Assembly (NCBI GenBank): GCA_951406725.2
Contig: OX597816.1
Coordinates: 65,038,001-65,102,000, forward strand
Direction: 5' to 3'
Length of the DNA stretch: 64,000 nucleotides
DNA from: Octopus vulgaris
Taxonomy: Eukaryota
Positions within the stretch are counted from its first letter, which is position 1, and each line of letters opens with the position of its first letter. Made by a program: the position numbers and the translations under genes. The notes under the pieces were generated by a model. The model was not told where the DNA came from and ran no database searches. It was given only the letters and a program-made list of their open reading frames with translations. Positions 1-13,169 of this stretch are shown here, piece after piece.

Positions 1-300
1 AAGAACGTAAAACATTTAGAAGACGATACAAAAAACACGAACGGGACATTCGAAGCCTTCAATCTTCAGTCAAGAACCGGATCATCCTAGCAATTTCGGC
101 TGATTAATCTTGAGATCGCTCCGATCCGGCCAGCCCCAAGGAAAAACTAAGCTACGAGCATTAGATTTCTTGGAAGAAGGATTGAAGGTATACGAAACAG
201 GGACAGAAAAACGGACGATGCCACACGAATATAAAATACAAAAAACAATAATGGTAAAAACAGGACAAAAACAGCGGGTGTCTTAAAACTAATAAACAGT
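1..300 (-). mobile_element. Penelope-like terminal repeat fragment (family P4) with decayed hammerhead remnant
   Basis: 1-95 aligns with the left arm of the palindrome at 25149-25310 (AAGAACG..GACGATACAAA..ACGGG.CATTCG). The minus strand at ~85-140 has GGCTG...CAGCC-GAAA (stem II + GAAA), but the CUGANGA box is degenerate. Confidence 0.45.
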
Positions 301-379
301 ACAACTACTGCAAGAAAGTAAAAGTTAGGGAGGCATAATTTGAGTTTCTTGGCCCACTAACTATATTAGTTATTATAAC

Positions 380-1520
380 GTTCTGAGAAACACACTTGCG
401 TTTATGAAATTTTGCTTAGATAGGTTTCCGATCTAGAAGATTGTGATTAAGTTGATAACCGCGGCCATCGTTTTTATTGCTTCTAAATTTATACGCAGAA
501 AGAAAAATTGTTAATGTCAGACCCCAGAGTCGTCCCGAACTTTTGCAACAAAGGAGACTATATTAAAGACACATAAAGGTCAGGTTGACGTTTTATTTCT
601 AGCGTTGCATTAAATGGACTAAAAAAATGGTGACTATATTGTGTTTTTCCAACATACTATTAGTCCTTTTATATATTCAGTCATCACAGGCAAAATGTTG
701 CTTTATTTCTCCAGTAATAACTGAGAGTACTTCAAATAATTAAAATATTCCTGATTCATCGATATTAGCTTGCATTTCTATCCATATATTGATGGTGCAA
801 AAATGTATTATAACATCACATCCGATAGGGCTGTGTATGCCACATCGGACTTTTTCTTACATCGACTATCAATTTGAATGATGCTTTCAAGCAAGTTAAC
901 AAAATAAATTTCATCGTTATCAGGGAGCTTGCATTTTTTTTTTCAACATTAACCAAACTACGTGTTAACATGCGCAAATATCACACTATCACGCTGGCAA
1001 TCACTACGGATTCTCAACATAGCATTAAACAATTCCTTATAGCAAGCGTTTTTGTTTTTTTCAGAATGACATTGATATACGAATTATGTATTGGTCACAA
1101 AACTTCCATGTATTTCATTCTTTAATTAATGTCAATTATTTCCGATTTCGCTGAAGCACTTTGACAGTTCGCCTTTCAATCATCTTTTAGTTGTTTTGTA
1201 ATGATCTTTTTTTCATCCTTGACTAAAATATGAGCAAACATTATAATATATACAACATAAAATATATACGACTGTCTTCTCATAATGCAGACTACTCACA
1301 AACAAATAAACGAACGAGATGTTATCTGTAATAAGACACAACACAGGAATGATAAAATTAGATTTCAAGAAAGCAAAAAGGAAAACAAAGAAAAACTCTT
1401 CTCTATAAATTATAAACCATGGCACTGACTTTATAACAGCTGTCAAATATTGGAAACATTGGCAAAACTTCTGAAAATCGATACATAAGATGTTGTTTGC
1501 ATTCAATGTAATTCAATAGA
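380..1520 (-). pseudogene. degenerate hAT-type (ZMYM1-like) transposase remnant
   Basis: Minus-strand fragments resemble the W..Y...FCF TTF-type zinc finger region (~1380-1480) and the IDES motif (~755-770). Many stops and frameshifts. Confidence 0.4.
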
Positions 1521-1734
1521 TACTGCCATGAAATAATCTTTTAAAAAGTAAAGAAAGGTAACAAAGACATTCTGATAAGACGAATAAACTGCTAAATGCG
1601 TTGGGAAACTATTCACAGTTTTCCAAATTTTAATCAATTATAGCTTACTTATTTATAAAGGAAGCTTGTAAAAAGCTACTGATCCAGTACTCAAACAACT
1701 GTGTCATTGCTAAGGAGAGCAAATTGATAGATCT

Positions 1735-1964
1735 GTTATACATATTCATATATATATATATATATACATATACATATTCATATATATATATATACATATT
1801 CATATATATATACATACATATTCATATATATATATGTATATATATACATATTCATATATATATATACGCATATTCATATATATATATATATACACACATA
1901 CACATACACAAACACACACACACATATACGGCATCTATATGTTATACATACATACATACATACA

Positions 1965-2000
<36 letters not shown>

Positions 2001-2020
2001 TACACACACGTACATACATA
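1735..2020. repeat. compound (TA)n/(CA)n/(CATA)n microsatellite
   Basis: Direct reading. Confidence 0.95.
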
Positions 2021-2659
2021 AATATTATTGCGCGAGGCGTTTTCAAATAATATAAACTAACATTTTCAGGAATCAATAGATGCGATTCGTTTCCTTCTTT
2101 GTTAATAATTCAGAGAGTAGCATTAATGAACTAAGTGTTGGAATGTTATTGCAAGCATTCAGCAGAAACAACCAACGTAATTGGATTGTCATCTTATATA
2201 AATGTTGAAGGAATCAAAATTAGGAAGTGGTTTCTAATAATTGAATACCTAAAGGAATGACAGTCAAGCATTTTTATTTTGTTATGCAGTATTTTTCTGC
2301 TCTGATCATTTATCTGAATCTCTAGAAGATGCTGACTTACATATGTACATATGAGCTTAACGACAGTAACGTATTCTAAGTTAGTAAGTAAGTACGAGTG
2401 TGTTTTTCAGTAAGCGGGCATTTGTATAATATATATTTCAAGTTATATATATTTTGGCAGCATACGACAGTTTGTGGCATTGATTCGGTCTGAGTGAACA
2501 ATGATCAGTTCACCAGGGTTCACTAATCGCCCAAATGTCTTAAGCATGCTTTGACGACGAAAAGGAAAATATTAAAACGGTTCTAACTGTTGAAATGGTG
2601 TTTCAATTCAAACACATTTGATGTCATTTGCTTGGAAATATGTTATCCAATTTGATTTC

Positions 2660-3755
2660 TGTGGTTTCTCAGTGGCTTTTTAATTTATATATGGATGGTG
2701 TGTTGAGAGAGGTAAATGCTAGAAACCTTTGGTAGGGGAGCCCAAATGGTGGAAGAAAATGGAGAGAAAAGGCAGGTGAGTCTGCTGATGATACACCTCT
2801 CGTGCGGATTCGGGGAGAACAACAGAGGAGACATGTGATAGAGTTTGGAAGAGTGTGTGAGAGGAGGAAACTGAAAGTGAATGTATCTAAGAGTAAAGTG
2901 ATGAGATTCCCGAGATATGGAATGGCTGGTAGGATGGATTTGAGTATAAATGCTGAGATGGTAGAGGAGAGGAGGTGAGTGTTTTTAAGTATCTAGGATC
3001 ACATGTGACAGCAAATGGGGTGTTGGCTGAGGAGGTGGGATAAAGAGTGAGCGAGGGGATTAAGATACTTGGAGTTGTAAAAAGTATGCTAAGAGATAAA
3101 AGGTTGAGTATGAAAGGGAAAAGAGGTGTGTATGAGGGCATGATTGTGCCGACAATGTTATATGGTGCAGAGACGTGATGGGACTGAGAGAGGCGGAAAG
3201 GAGGCAACTAGATGTGTTTGTGATGAGATTCTGAGGGCTGTGGTTGGTGTGACACGGAGGGACAGGATGGGGAATGAGGAGGTGCGAAGACGAGCTGGAA
3301 TGAAAGAAAGACTAACAACCAAATTGGCTAGACGAATGTTGAGGTGATTTGGCCACATTGAGAGGATGGGTGAGGTAAGGAGGGTAATGGAGGATGAAGT
3401 TGTAGGCAGCAGAACCAGAGGCAAACATCGGTGTGTGTAGATGGATGGAGTGAGGAAAGCTTTGGTGGTTAGAGGTGTTTGAGTCAAAGAGGCCAGAGAG
3501 AGAAAGAGGCAAGTGGAAAGCTTGGAGAGTGTTTGTAGACGGATGAGTGAATTTTGATGTTGTTCAAAGGGATACGGAACAAATGTGAAGCGGCTAGAGT
3601 AAACCACCATATGCTGTCGGGCCTCGCTGCTGATATTCGGGGGTTGCGTTCTATGCCGTGACCCGAGCATAGAACGGGCCTCGCCCCTCTGAGCTGGAAA
3701 ATGAATGGAATGCCTGGTGTATTGTCTTGCTGTAGTTAGCCCATCCTAAGGAAAA
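2660..3755 (+). mobile_element. RTE-clade LINE 3' part, degenerate
   Basis: Translates in pieces to WLFNLYMDGVLREVNAR, LKVNVSKSKVM, FKYLGS, YEGMIVPTMLYGAET, LRAVVGVTRRDRMGNEEVRRR and W/FGHIERM. Putative 3' UTR has a 10-bp stem-loop, CGTTCTATGC/GCATAGAACG, at ~3647-3676. Confidence 0.85.
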
Positions 3756-3809
3756 TTAATGAGTAGGCCTGGGTATATGTAATTTTATTTATAAGTATTT
3801 CACATCTGG

Positions 3810-4082
3810 AAAGAGACCCTCCTTCATGGAATTGCACCAAGAAAGCTCCCCTCAGAGACACAAGTCCGAACAAGGTTGTTTTTGGAAGACCAGCAGTCGC
3901 CCATACATACCAGCTTCTCCACGCCACCGATACAGCAATTCATTTCTACAACTAAGTGAACTGGAGCAACGTAAAATAAAGTGTCTTACTCAGGAACCCA
4001 ACACAGATCCCTGTCCAGGAATCGAACTCACTACCTCATTATTGTGAGCCAGATACTCTAACAGCTGAGCCATGCGCCTTCA
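3810..4082 (-). mobile_element. tRNA-derived SINE
   Basis: Minus strand begins GAAGGCGCATGGCTCAG (A box) ... GAGTTCGATTCC (B box), followed by the shared CTTGAGCAAGACAC-TTTATTT-GTTGCTCCAGT core. Confidence 0.75.
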
Positions 4083-4924
4083 CATTTTTACATCTACATG
4101 ATGCTCTATATGTGCTAAAAGTATAAATCCACTGAAAAATGAAATTTTATGATTTCAGAGATATTTTGTTTCTAGCATTATAATAAACAATTGTCTCAAA
4201 TTATGATTTCATAAAACAACATATAGAACCAATTTCCAGCATTTCAAGCTGTATGAGGAAAGAAAAACGTAGACATTACCAATTATATAACCATCATATC
4301 ACGTTTCTTGGTCTGGTGTTATTGGAACTTCTGAGAATTATATAGAAACTATTTTACTTCCATTACGTAAAAAAGCAATTTCACATGGAAAAAAATAATT
4401 GGATATCTTGGTCTAAAATAAATAACCTTTTCCAGGCGGCGATCAACTTTGCTTAGCAAAGACAGTGTAGTGGATCTCGTTTGATATGTATAGAGAATGC
4501 ATGGAGGGCTTGAGCTACTAATGGGGAACCGCTTGCTTAGATCAAGGTTGTCTTAAGCTCTAACAGAAGCAGCGATTTCTGAAATAGATGTGGCAGCTAC
4601 ATTATATTTCACAGCATCCAACTGAATGAAAATATGGCATGGTCACCTTACCATTTTGCGGTTCTTAAGATAGTCACTCTTACGATAGTCATTTTCGCTG
4701 TTGCAACTAGAGTTTTTACGCAGAGTTAAGGTAACGTTCATCACCATCGTTTTCACCACTGCTATTATTATTCAATATCTGATAGCTTCAAATAATTTTC
4801 TATTGCATCACTTGCTGTACTTTTGTGCTGGTGTGTTGTGTGCTTCATTTTTCCCTTCTGGAGTATATTGTATTGCATTAGTATGTTTTTTTATAGGGTT
4901 TGGTTTCAGTCTTCTGTTTTATCA

Positions 4925-5634
4925 ACGATAAAAATGTTTTTATTGTATCGAAAAACAACTTTTACTAAATTAAAAACATGCGTATCACTAGATCTACACT
5001 GGGGGCTTTCAAACATTTATGACTAGAATGTAGAAAAAATGATGAAGATAAGATATATCCAGTGTCCACTCTTGAAGCAATTCCGAGTCAGGTTTTTAAA
5101 ATTTGAGTACCGTGTCTTGTTTGTACAGTGTGGGTTGTGTTCTGTTGGATATCGGGCTTCTAGAGTAGATGTGGAATTTGTTCATTTTATTGTGTATTTG
5201 CTGTATGAGTTTATTCCTGTATGTTATGGGGGTAGTGTTGCTTAGCAGTGTGTGTAAATTATATATCAACATTTCTTTGTATTCATAGTAATCTGTCCAT
5301 CGTTCTTGCTTTCGGTCTTGTTATGGCTCCGTCTTTACAGCGTTTAAATTTTGACAGAACACCATCCATGGACATGAGCTGATGTTTCTTTAGTATTCAT
5401 AATTATTATTGATATATAAGCGACAGACCGAAAAAAACAGCAACATGCATATATAGAGAGGACTTGTATAGAAATGGAAGCATCTGTGATTAATCTTTTA
5501 CTCACAGGTTTGCCGTTTTCGTATAGAGTTATATATATACAGGGAGCAAATTTTTCGCGTGAATTATTTGCTCCGTATTGAAATTATTTTCACACTGGTG
5601 GGTGCCATGATTTGGGCGCAAAACGAATATATAC

Positions 5635-5690
<56 letters not shown>

Positions 5691-5949
5691 ATATATATAT
5701 ATGTGAGTATGTGTGTTTGTGTATGTATATATATATAACGTTAGCACGCCGGGCGGAATGCGTACCCGTATTTCGTCTGCCGTTACGTTCTGAGTACAAA
5801 TTCCGCCGAGGTCGACTTTGCCTTTCATCCTTTCGGGGTCGATAAATAAAGTACCAATTTCGCACTGGGGTCGATGTAATCGACTTAATCCGTTTGTCTG
5901 TCCTTGTTTGTCCCCTCTATGTTTAGCCCCTTGTGGGTGGGTAGTAAAG

Positions 5950-5995
<46 letters not shown>

Positions 5996-6410
5996 TATAT
6001 TCCATATGAAAAAATTCTTCAGTTTCCTTGGATAGCTTACATTAATACATAGTTTTATTTCATTGTTTTTGTGAATTCTTAATTCCTACTTTGTGATGGA
6101 TTCATATTTGCGGTTCGGTTATAGAGACCGATGGGTTTTAAAACCTAATTACTGGGGATGATTCTTTTGGCTAAATTTATTCAAGACGTTGACCCATCAT
6201 GGCTGATTTCTAATGACTGAAAAAATAAACGATGAAAGATAAAAATGCTGTTAGTATAACGAAAAACAACTTTTACTAAATTAAAAACATACGTATCACT
6301 AGTTCTACACTGAGGTGTTTCAAACATTTATGACTAGAATGTAGAAAAAAATGAAGATAGATATATTCAGTGTCCATTCTTGAAGCAGTTCCGAGTCAGG
6401 CTTTTAAAAT
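4925..6410 (+). repeat. ~175-bp direct repeat pair (4925-5102 and 6237-6410)
   Basis: CGAAAAACAACTTTTACTAAATTAAAAACAT.CGTATCACTAG...TTCCGAGTCAGG.TTTTAAAAT occurs twice about 1.3 kb apart. Confidence 0.9.
5737..5952 (+). mobile_element. octopus tRNA-derived SINE (family S1, Nin/Deu-like core)
   Basis: AACGTTAGCACGCCGGGCG...GTTCTGAGT.CAAATTCCGCCGAGGTCGACTTTGCCTTTCATCCTTTCGGGGTCGATAAA..GTACC. Multiple copies in the window. Confidence 0.9.
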
Positions 6411-7091
6411 ATAAGTAAATGGCCATTGGAAATACATCCACTTTGCCTTACTTTAATTCTATTCCTTTGCAATTAACTCTACGCGTGTGAGGCCACCCTC
6501 AAAAATATACCAAGCGCCAGAAGTATCAGCTGTAATTTTAAAGGTTTGGTGATTGCTCCAAGCTAGGACGTCTTCTTCGTTTTTATGGGTCAGTTTATGT
6601 GTTGAACTGTTGTGTTGATAAAATGAGAACAACCCATAAGTACAACGCACCTCAAGTATGTATAACTCAAAGCAAAAGCGGGCTCGATTCAATCGAATAT
6701 AAAGCACTTCTACCAATATGTTGCGTATTATTGATAGTAATAAGGCTGTGGCTTCGTAGAATCTATAAAGAATCGGACAAAATGTTTTGCACTATTCAGT
6801 CACATCTCTTTATGAGCTGAATTTCATTTCAAGGTTCATAAAATAAAGTCCCACCTATTTTCTTACGTCCTTTTAATCAACCACATCCTTTTCTTAAATA
6901 TCTGGGCCTTTGTTTGTATTAGAGCTACAAGAAATGTTGAGATTGTATATCCAGAGCTACATGTAATCTTGGGATGATATATTGGGTTTTAACTTTCATT
7001 TTTTGTAACTTAACTGTCCTAATTATATTAACATTATTATAAATTCTTTATTCCTGACCACTTAACTACTCGGTAGAATTGATTGTACTAC

Positions 7092-7182
<91 letters not shown>

Positions 7183-7787
7183 GTATATATATAAAATATA
7201 TATATATTAAATAAAGAAAATATATACTATAATGTGGTTATCGTGCTTCTATCATCATTAATAATACTGCTGTTGTTTAAACGTTACAGCCATTTGCACA
7301 TTTTTATCACTTTCTTTTTTTCTGTCTCGTTTGCGTTTTGGTTTCAATACTTTCATTAATTCTGGTGTTATTAAGTATCGCATAAGACATAGGATAATTC
7401 TGTTTCAAAGTATATTTTAAAATATATTACCATCTTCGCCAACAAATGCTAACTTAATATATTTGAAACATATCATTAAATTAGTTAGGTTTTATCATAT
7501 GCAGGATTGCATTACTGAGTAATGCTTTTAAACTGCTAATATAGCAATATAAAAGTTTAAATGGAATTAAGAAGACTAAATAAATTTCCCATAATTTCAT
7601 TTACATTCTATATATTAAGTAATTCGCTGATATATGCTAGACAGATCAAAAGGCTAATGGCATATTTACTGTTGAGAGTAACAACTAACACAAATATATG
7701 ATCGAGCTTGTTTTAAAGACGAATACGTAAGGCACAAAGAGAACATAGATAGATGGACGGATAAAAAGAAGGGGAAAATGTATAACA

Positions 7788-7820
7788 AAAGAAAGAAAGA
7801 AAGAAAGAAAGAAAGAATGA

Positions 7821-7852
<32 letters not shown>

Positions 7853-7856
7853 ATGA

Positions 7857-7903
<47 letters not shown>
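7788..7903. repeat. (GAAA)n microsatellite
   Basis: Direct reading. Confidence 0.95.
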
Positions 7904-7904
<1 letters not shown>

Positions 7905-8618
7905 GAAGCGATGATCAAATTTATAGGAATTGAGGGAGGGAAAACGATGGAAGATACACAGGCAGCCATATTGGAACAACGTCAGATGCACATAATAATG
8001 TGGAGAAGACGGAAAATTAGATTAAGGAATGATTAATAATCTTCTAATAGCCAGCAGCCATTTATTTTCATGAGGCTTGGCTGAATATTCAGATCACTCA
8101 TTTCAGCAAACTACAATATTTACCTTAGCATACATCAGATAAAACCATAGTTTAGCCAATATACTTTACAAAACATATTGCATTTCCAAAGTACACTACA
8201 CCTTAACACTGCGTTATTGATTTCTGTTCAGTTAGAATATGTGTACATATAAACATTGGCTGAAATAGGTATCTATAGAAAGAAACAAATTCACTCAGTT
8301 TGCAATTTCTCTTGATGTGTGCAAGATAAGAGTAACAGGGTTACCAGATTAGCTGTGGTCATTCCAGCGTTCGTGTCCTTTTAGCGTGAATAAAATGAAA
8401 CCTTCTATAAGGTGATTGCTTCGGCATGCACTCTCACATATAACTACGCATATACGCACCAAACTATTAAGAAACTAATAACTTCTGTGATCAGATAGCA
8501 AATGACCTACATTTTGCATTCATAAGGCTATGCTGAACATATTCGTATAATTGTGTGATGCGTGATTTTCACGTGGCCACAATTTCGCAAATCACACATG
8601 TGCATATACGTTTTTTTT

Positions 8619-8664
<46 letters not shown>

Positions 8665-8778
8665 TACATCCATCAAACACACACTCACGCACACAAATAT
8701 ACACTCATGCACACGCTCACATAAATACATACATGTATATATGTATATACATATATATGATACATCCATCTATCACAT

Positions 8779-8892
<114 letters not shown>

Positions 8893-8904
8893 AGGTATAG
8901 CTGA

Positions 8905-9106
8905 GCGGGCGAAATGTTTAGTGGTATTTCGTCTGCCGCTATGTTCTAAGTTCAAATTCCGCCGAGGTCGACTTTGCCTTTCATCCTTTCGGGGTCGATA
9001 CATTAAGTACCATTTGCGTACTGGAGTCGATGTAATCGACTTAATCCCTTTGTCTGTCCTTGTTTGTCCCCTCTATGCTTAGCCCCTTGTGGACAATAAA
9101 GAAATA
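8905..9106 (+). mobile_element. SINE family S1 copy
   Basis: Same core as 5737-5952. Confidence 0.9.
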
Positions 9107-9171
9107 ATATATGTATGTATATTTATGTATATATATGTACATATACGTATATATGTAATATAATGTATATT

Positions 9172-9209
<38 letters not shown>

Positions 9210-10029
9210 ATATATATACAATATAAATAAATATAATATCCATATTTTAATATGTAATATATATAACATATAGGATATATATATATATATAATATATAAA
9301 TATATATATATATATATAATATAAATATATATATATGTATATATATGTATATATATATGTATATATAATATAAATATATATATATGTATATAAAATATCT
9401 ATAAAGTATTTATATAATGTACTTATATATATGTAATGTTGTGTGCGCGTGCATGTGTGTATATGCATGTGTGTGTGTGCGTGTGTGTGTGCACTCACCT
9501 ACAGGGAATCAGATATTCACTCATTCAGCTTCGAGCGTATTATTTACAAACTTTGAGAGAATATTTGGTTGATGAAATTATCTCCAAAAGATACCATTGA
9601 AACTGATTCTATAAGCATTTAAAATTTGTGCATTTAAATCCAACATCTCAATCCGTGTAAGTCAGCAAATAGTGGAAAATCTATATCAATGATATTTATA
9701 TCCCCGTTCATCTGGGAACTCAGAAAATCATGAATTAGAAAGAACTTCAGTAACAAGCATATTCGACTGCAATGCTTTATTTATATTTGAATTGAACCCG
9801 AAACTGTAGGCTATATTTTACTGAAGAGTTCAAGAACTGGATGACTTTTTATGGGTTAGAGTATCACGCTCTAGATCCAACCAACACCAATCTGGATGGC
9901 TAGCTTGTTCTGTCCTAAGACCTGCTTAGATTTTTAGATCTGGTATTAGAAGAATGAAACAGTATCTCAACACAATTAGTGTGAAAAATGCACGAAAGGA
10001 ATCCTTTGCGTACGTAGTGTTTATATATT

Positions 10030-10286
10030 TAAAAATGTGAGAGATAGAAAATGTAATACACAAGATTTTATTTAGAAACACTACGACCGTTTCGACCTAT
10101 TATACAGCGGTAAATTTCGGGCGATACGCAGTGTAAACAGTTCCGGTTCTTCGTAGATGCAAATGCACCTACAAGGTACGATGCGCCTAGGATGCACAAC
10201 AACTATTTGTAGAGCATCTCCCCAGAAAGGTATTGCTGCAGGATGAATCGAAACGTGAATTCCATTTTCCTTCCCTCATATTTTTA
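10030..10286 (-). mobile_element. short Penelope-like terminal element with inverted ends and decayed hammerhead
   Basis: 10030-10061 is an inverted repeat of 10253-10286. The minus strand at 10081-10156 reads CTAC-GAAGA-ACC...GGTC-GAAA-CG-GTC-GTAG (stem I CTAC/GTAG, with the CU of the core lost). Flanked by TA. Confidence 0.55.
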
Positions 10287-10312
10287 TACATACATATATA
10301 TGTATGTATGTG

Positions 10313-10387
<75 letters not shown>

Positions 10388-10398
10388 AATGTGTGTAT

Positions 10399-10435
<37 letters not shown>

Positions 10436-10635
10436 CATTTACATATTTCCATACGTATGTATATGCGTGTGTACATATATATCTATATGCCTATATGTAT
10501 GTATATATGGTATCATTATAAGTATATAGGGAGGCATATAGACATACATACAGTCAGACAAGTAAGTATTAAGTAGGTACGTAGGTAGGTATGAGTGATA
10601 GATATATATATATGTAAGTATATAATATATATATA

Positions 10636-11237
10636 TTTGCCAGCTAAGTGTGACGTCATGTACAGAACAGTGCCCCAGAAGACATCTCTTCCAGCTGGCA
10701 AACGACACACAGTCTGTGTCCGTTCGTATTTGGGAGGGAAGAGATCATCGTTCCAATTTTTAGCCTTACGTCGTACACACGGAGTCGAGTTTCTGGGTTG
10801 TCACCCGTCCTCAGCGCGTGTTAATTACTAGCTAGTGATGAGATCTCATTCCACTCGCAAGTTACCATATACATTTCTAGCGACTCACTGATCTCGTAAA
10901 AAAAGTGATATATTAAATCTCTGAGCGAGATATAAACAGTGGCGATATGAAAACGTAACATACATTTGCCAACTAATTGTGTCATCCTATTCAGGTTAGT
11001 GCTACTGTTGTTTATAGCCCCAGAATGACATCAAGGATAGAGCTGGGAGCCATGACCTCCCTTCGCAAATACTAATCAGACACAGACTGTGTGTCGTTAG
11101 CCAGCTGGAAGAGGTGCCTTCCTGGGTCTATAAACAACAGTAGCACTGTCCTGTATAGGAGGCCACACTTCGTTGGCAAATATATGTTACGATTCCGTAC
11201 CGCTACTGTTTATATCTCGCTCAAAGATTTAATATAA
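10636..11237. mobile_element. family P1 hammerhead-containing repeat: ~1.3 tandem monomers followed by an inverted partial monomer
   Basis: TTTGCCA.CTAA.TG recurs at 10636 and 10965. 10908-11032 is inverted against 11110-11237. Homologous to 42402-42865 and 48030-48627. Confidence 0.85.
10776..10820 (-). ncRNA. minimal type I hammerhead ribozyme motif (P1)
   Basis: Minus strand: CACGCG-CTGAGGA-C-GGGT-GACA-ACCC-A-GAAA-CTCGA-CTC-CGTGTG. Confidence 0.7.
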
Positions 11238-11750
11238 CATAGTTGTATTTCATAACATTGTTTCTCACTAGCTATAGCTTACTATATGACTTCAATATAT
11301 TTTTATGTGTGTGTATGTATATATATATATATACATGTGTGTGTGTGTGTGTGTGAGCGTGTATGGACAATAATAGAGGATAAAACTTTTTTTTTTAAAT
11401 CTTTTATCAGTACCCAGTATATAAAATGGAACTAAATGAGGTGAAAACTATATCACGGGAGAGCCTTTTGGCAATCCCAGAAATTAGGCTAATACAGAAC
11501 TATCTATTTTATTAAAAATTTCCGTTAGCTTGTCGAATTCAACGCGTGTGTTTCTGACTTCTTTGAGTGGTGAGACGATTTAGCGTCTATTTCTCAGCAT
11601 ATAGGCAAGAAAAGTTTTTTCTAAGCCCTAATTATAATTATATACATATGTGTGTGTGTGTGTACGTGTGTGTGTATAGATGTATGCTTGTATGTATGTA
11701 TGTATGTATGTATGTATGTATGTATGTATGTGTGTACATACATACATAAC

Positions 11751-12523
11751 TTCAATTTTTATAACTTCCTTAACTTTACAAATAAATGCATGAAATTTTG
11801 ATACAATATAAAGGCCATAATGGAAATTAATATGCACAAGTCAAATTTTGCGACACCACTACATCACATATGGAAAAGGACATCGCTTAAATGGCAGCCA
11901 TTTTCGGCTTCGCACGCCCGAACTCTTTCCAAAACTTATTCCGTAACACCCTCAAAATTTTCAGACCCCAATTTTTTGATTTCTCTAAAGGTGTTCTCCT
12001 TCAGTTGCACCAGGTTCTCCGGTTTGTTGACGAAAACTTTCTCTTTCTGATATTCCCACAAGCAAAGATCCGGGCTAGTCAAGTCTGGGGAGGTGAAAGC
12101 TAGTTGACTTTGCTGTAGCAGGAGATAATTCTCTCTCCAAAGCACCACCGTAGCAACGGCATGGTTTTTCTTGTGGACTAAGTAGTTGCCCCATCTTGCT
12201 AGAACTATGTGTGAGGTCTACTTTCAATGGCCGGGTGAACAAAGGTCTCAGTCAATGATACCTGAAAGAGAGATTTTACGTCAAGAAACAGGAGACCCTG
12301 GTGCAACTGAAGGAGAACATCAATAGAGAAAACAGAGAAGTGGAGTTGAAAATGGCTGCCATTTGAGCGATGCTATTTTTCATATTTTTATGCAAAATGT
12401 GACTCGTGCATATAAATTTCCATTATATCTTTTATATTGTATAAAACTTTCATGCATTTATTCGTAAAATCAAGGATGTTATTAAAAATTGAAAGCCTTC
12501 AGTGACTTTTGGGACACCCAGTA
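11751..12523. mobile_element. Tc1/mariner-derived fold-back remnant
   Basis: The minus-strand ORF fragment SPDLTSPDLCLWEYQKEKVFVNKP resembles the Tc1/mariner SPDL.P.DF.LWG.LK motif. 11751-12025 is inverted against 12290-12493. The right end GGGACACCCAG-TA resembles a Tc1/mariner TIR plus TA. Confidence 0.75.
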
Positions 12524-12528
12524 TATGC

Positions 12529-12829
<301 letters not shown>

Positions 12830-12871
12830 GGAGTCGGTATAGATCATACTTGAGCGCTAAGTCCAGAAGTT

Positions 12872-13025
12872 TTTTTTATTCTCTCTGTTTATTCTCTTAT
12901 TCCTATTGAATAACGTAGGCTCGAAACGTAAAATACTTTCTCAGTTTACCGAGCGTCAATCTAATACGCCTACTTGTTATTTATACTTGTCTTTGTTTGT
13001 AGTTTTTTTCTGTAAATTTCAACCG
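12872..13025 (+). mobile_element. family P2 Penelope-like short element, decayed HHR
   Basis: CTATTGAATAACGTAGGCTCGAAACGTAAAATAC...GAGCGTCAA.CTAATAC, homologous to 45120-45301. Ends in (TA)n. Confidence 0.65.
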
Positions 13026-13115
13026 TATATATATATATTATATACGTACATACACATATATCTATACATACGAATATGTAGTGATTCATACATACTTGCA
13101 AAAATGTGTACAACG

Positions 13116-13165
<50 letters not shown>

Positions 13166-13169
<4 letters not shown>

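Noticed and set aside
2060-2350. Possible hAT dimerisation-domain remnant on the minus strand (VSAE...LIPENV)
   Set aside because: Similarity is too fragmentary to support by eye.
9790-9830. CGAAAC...CTGAAGAG motif pair
   Set aside because: The boxes cannot be joined by consistent stems.
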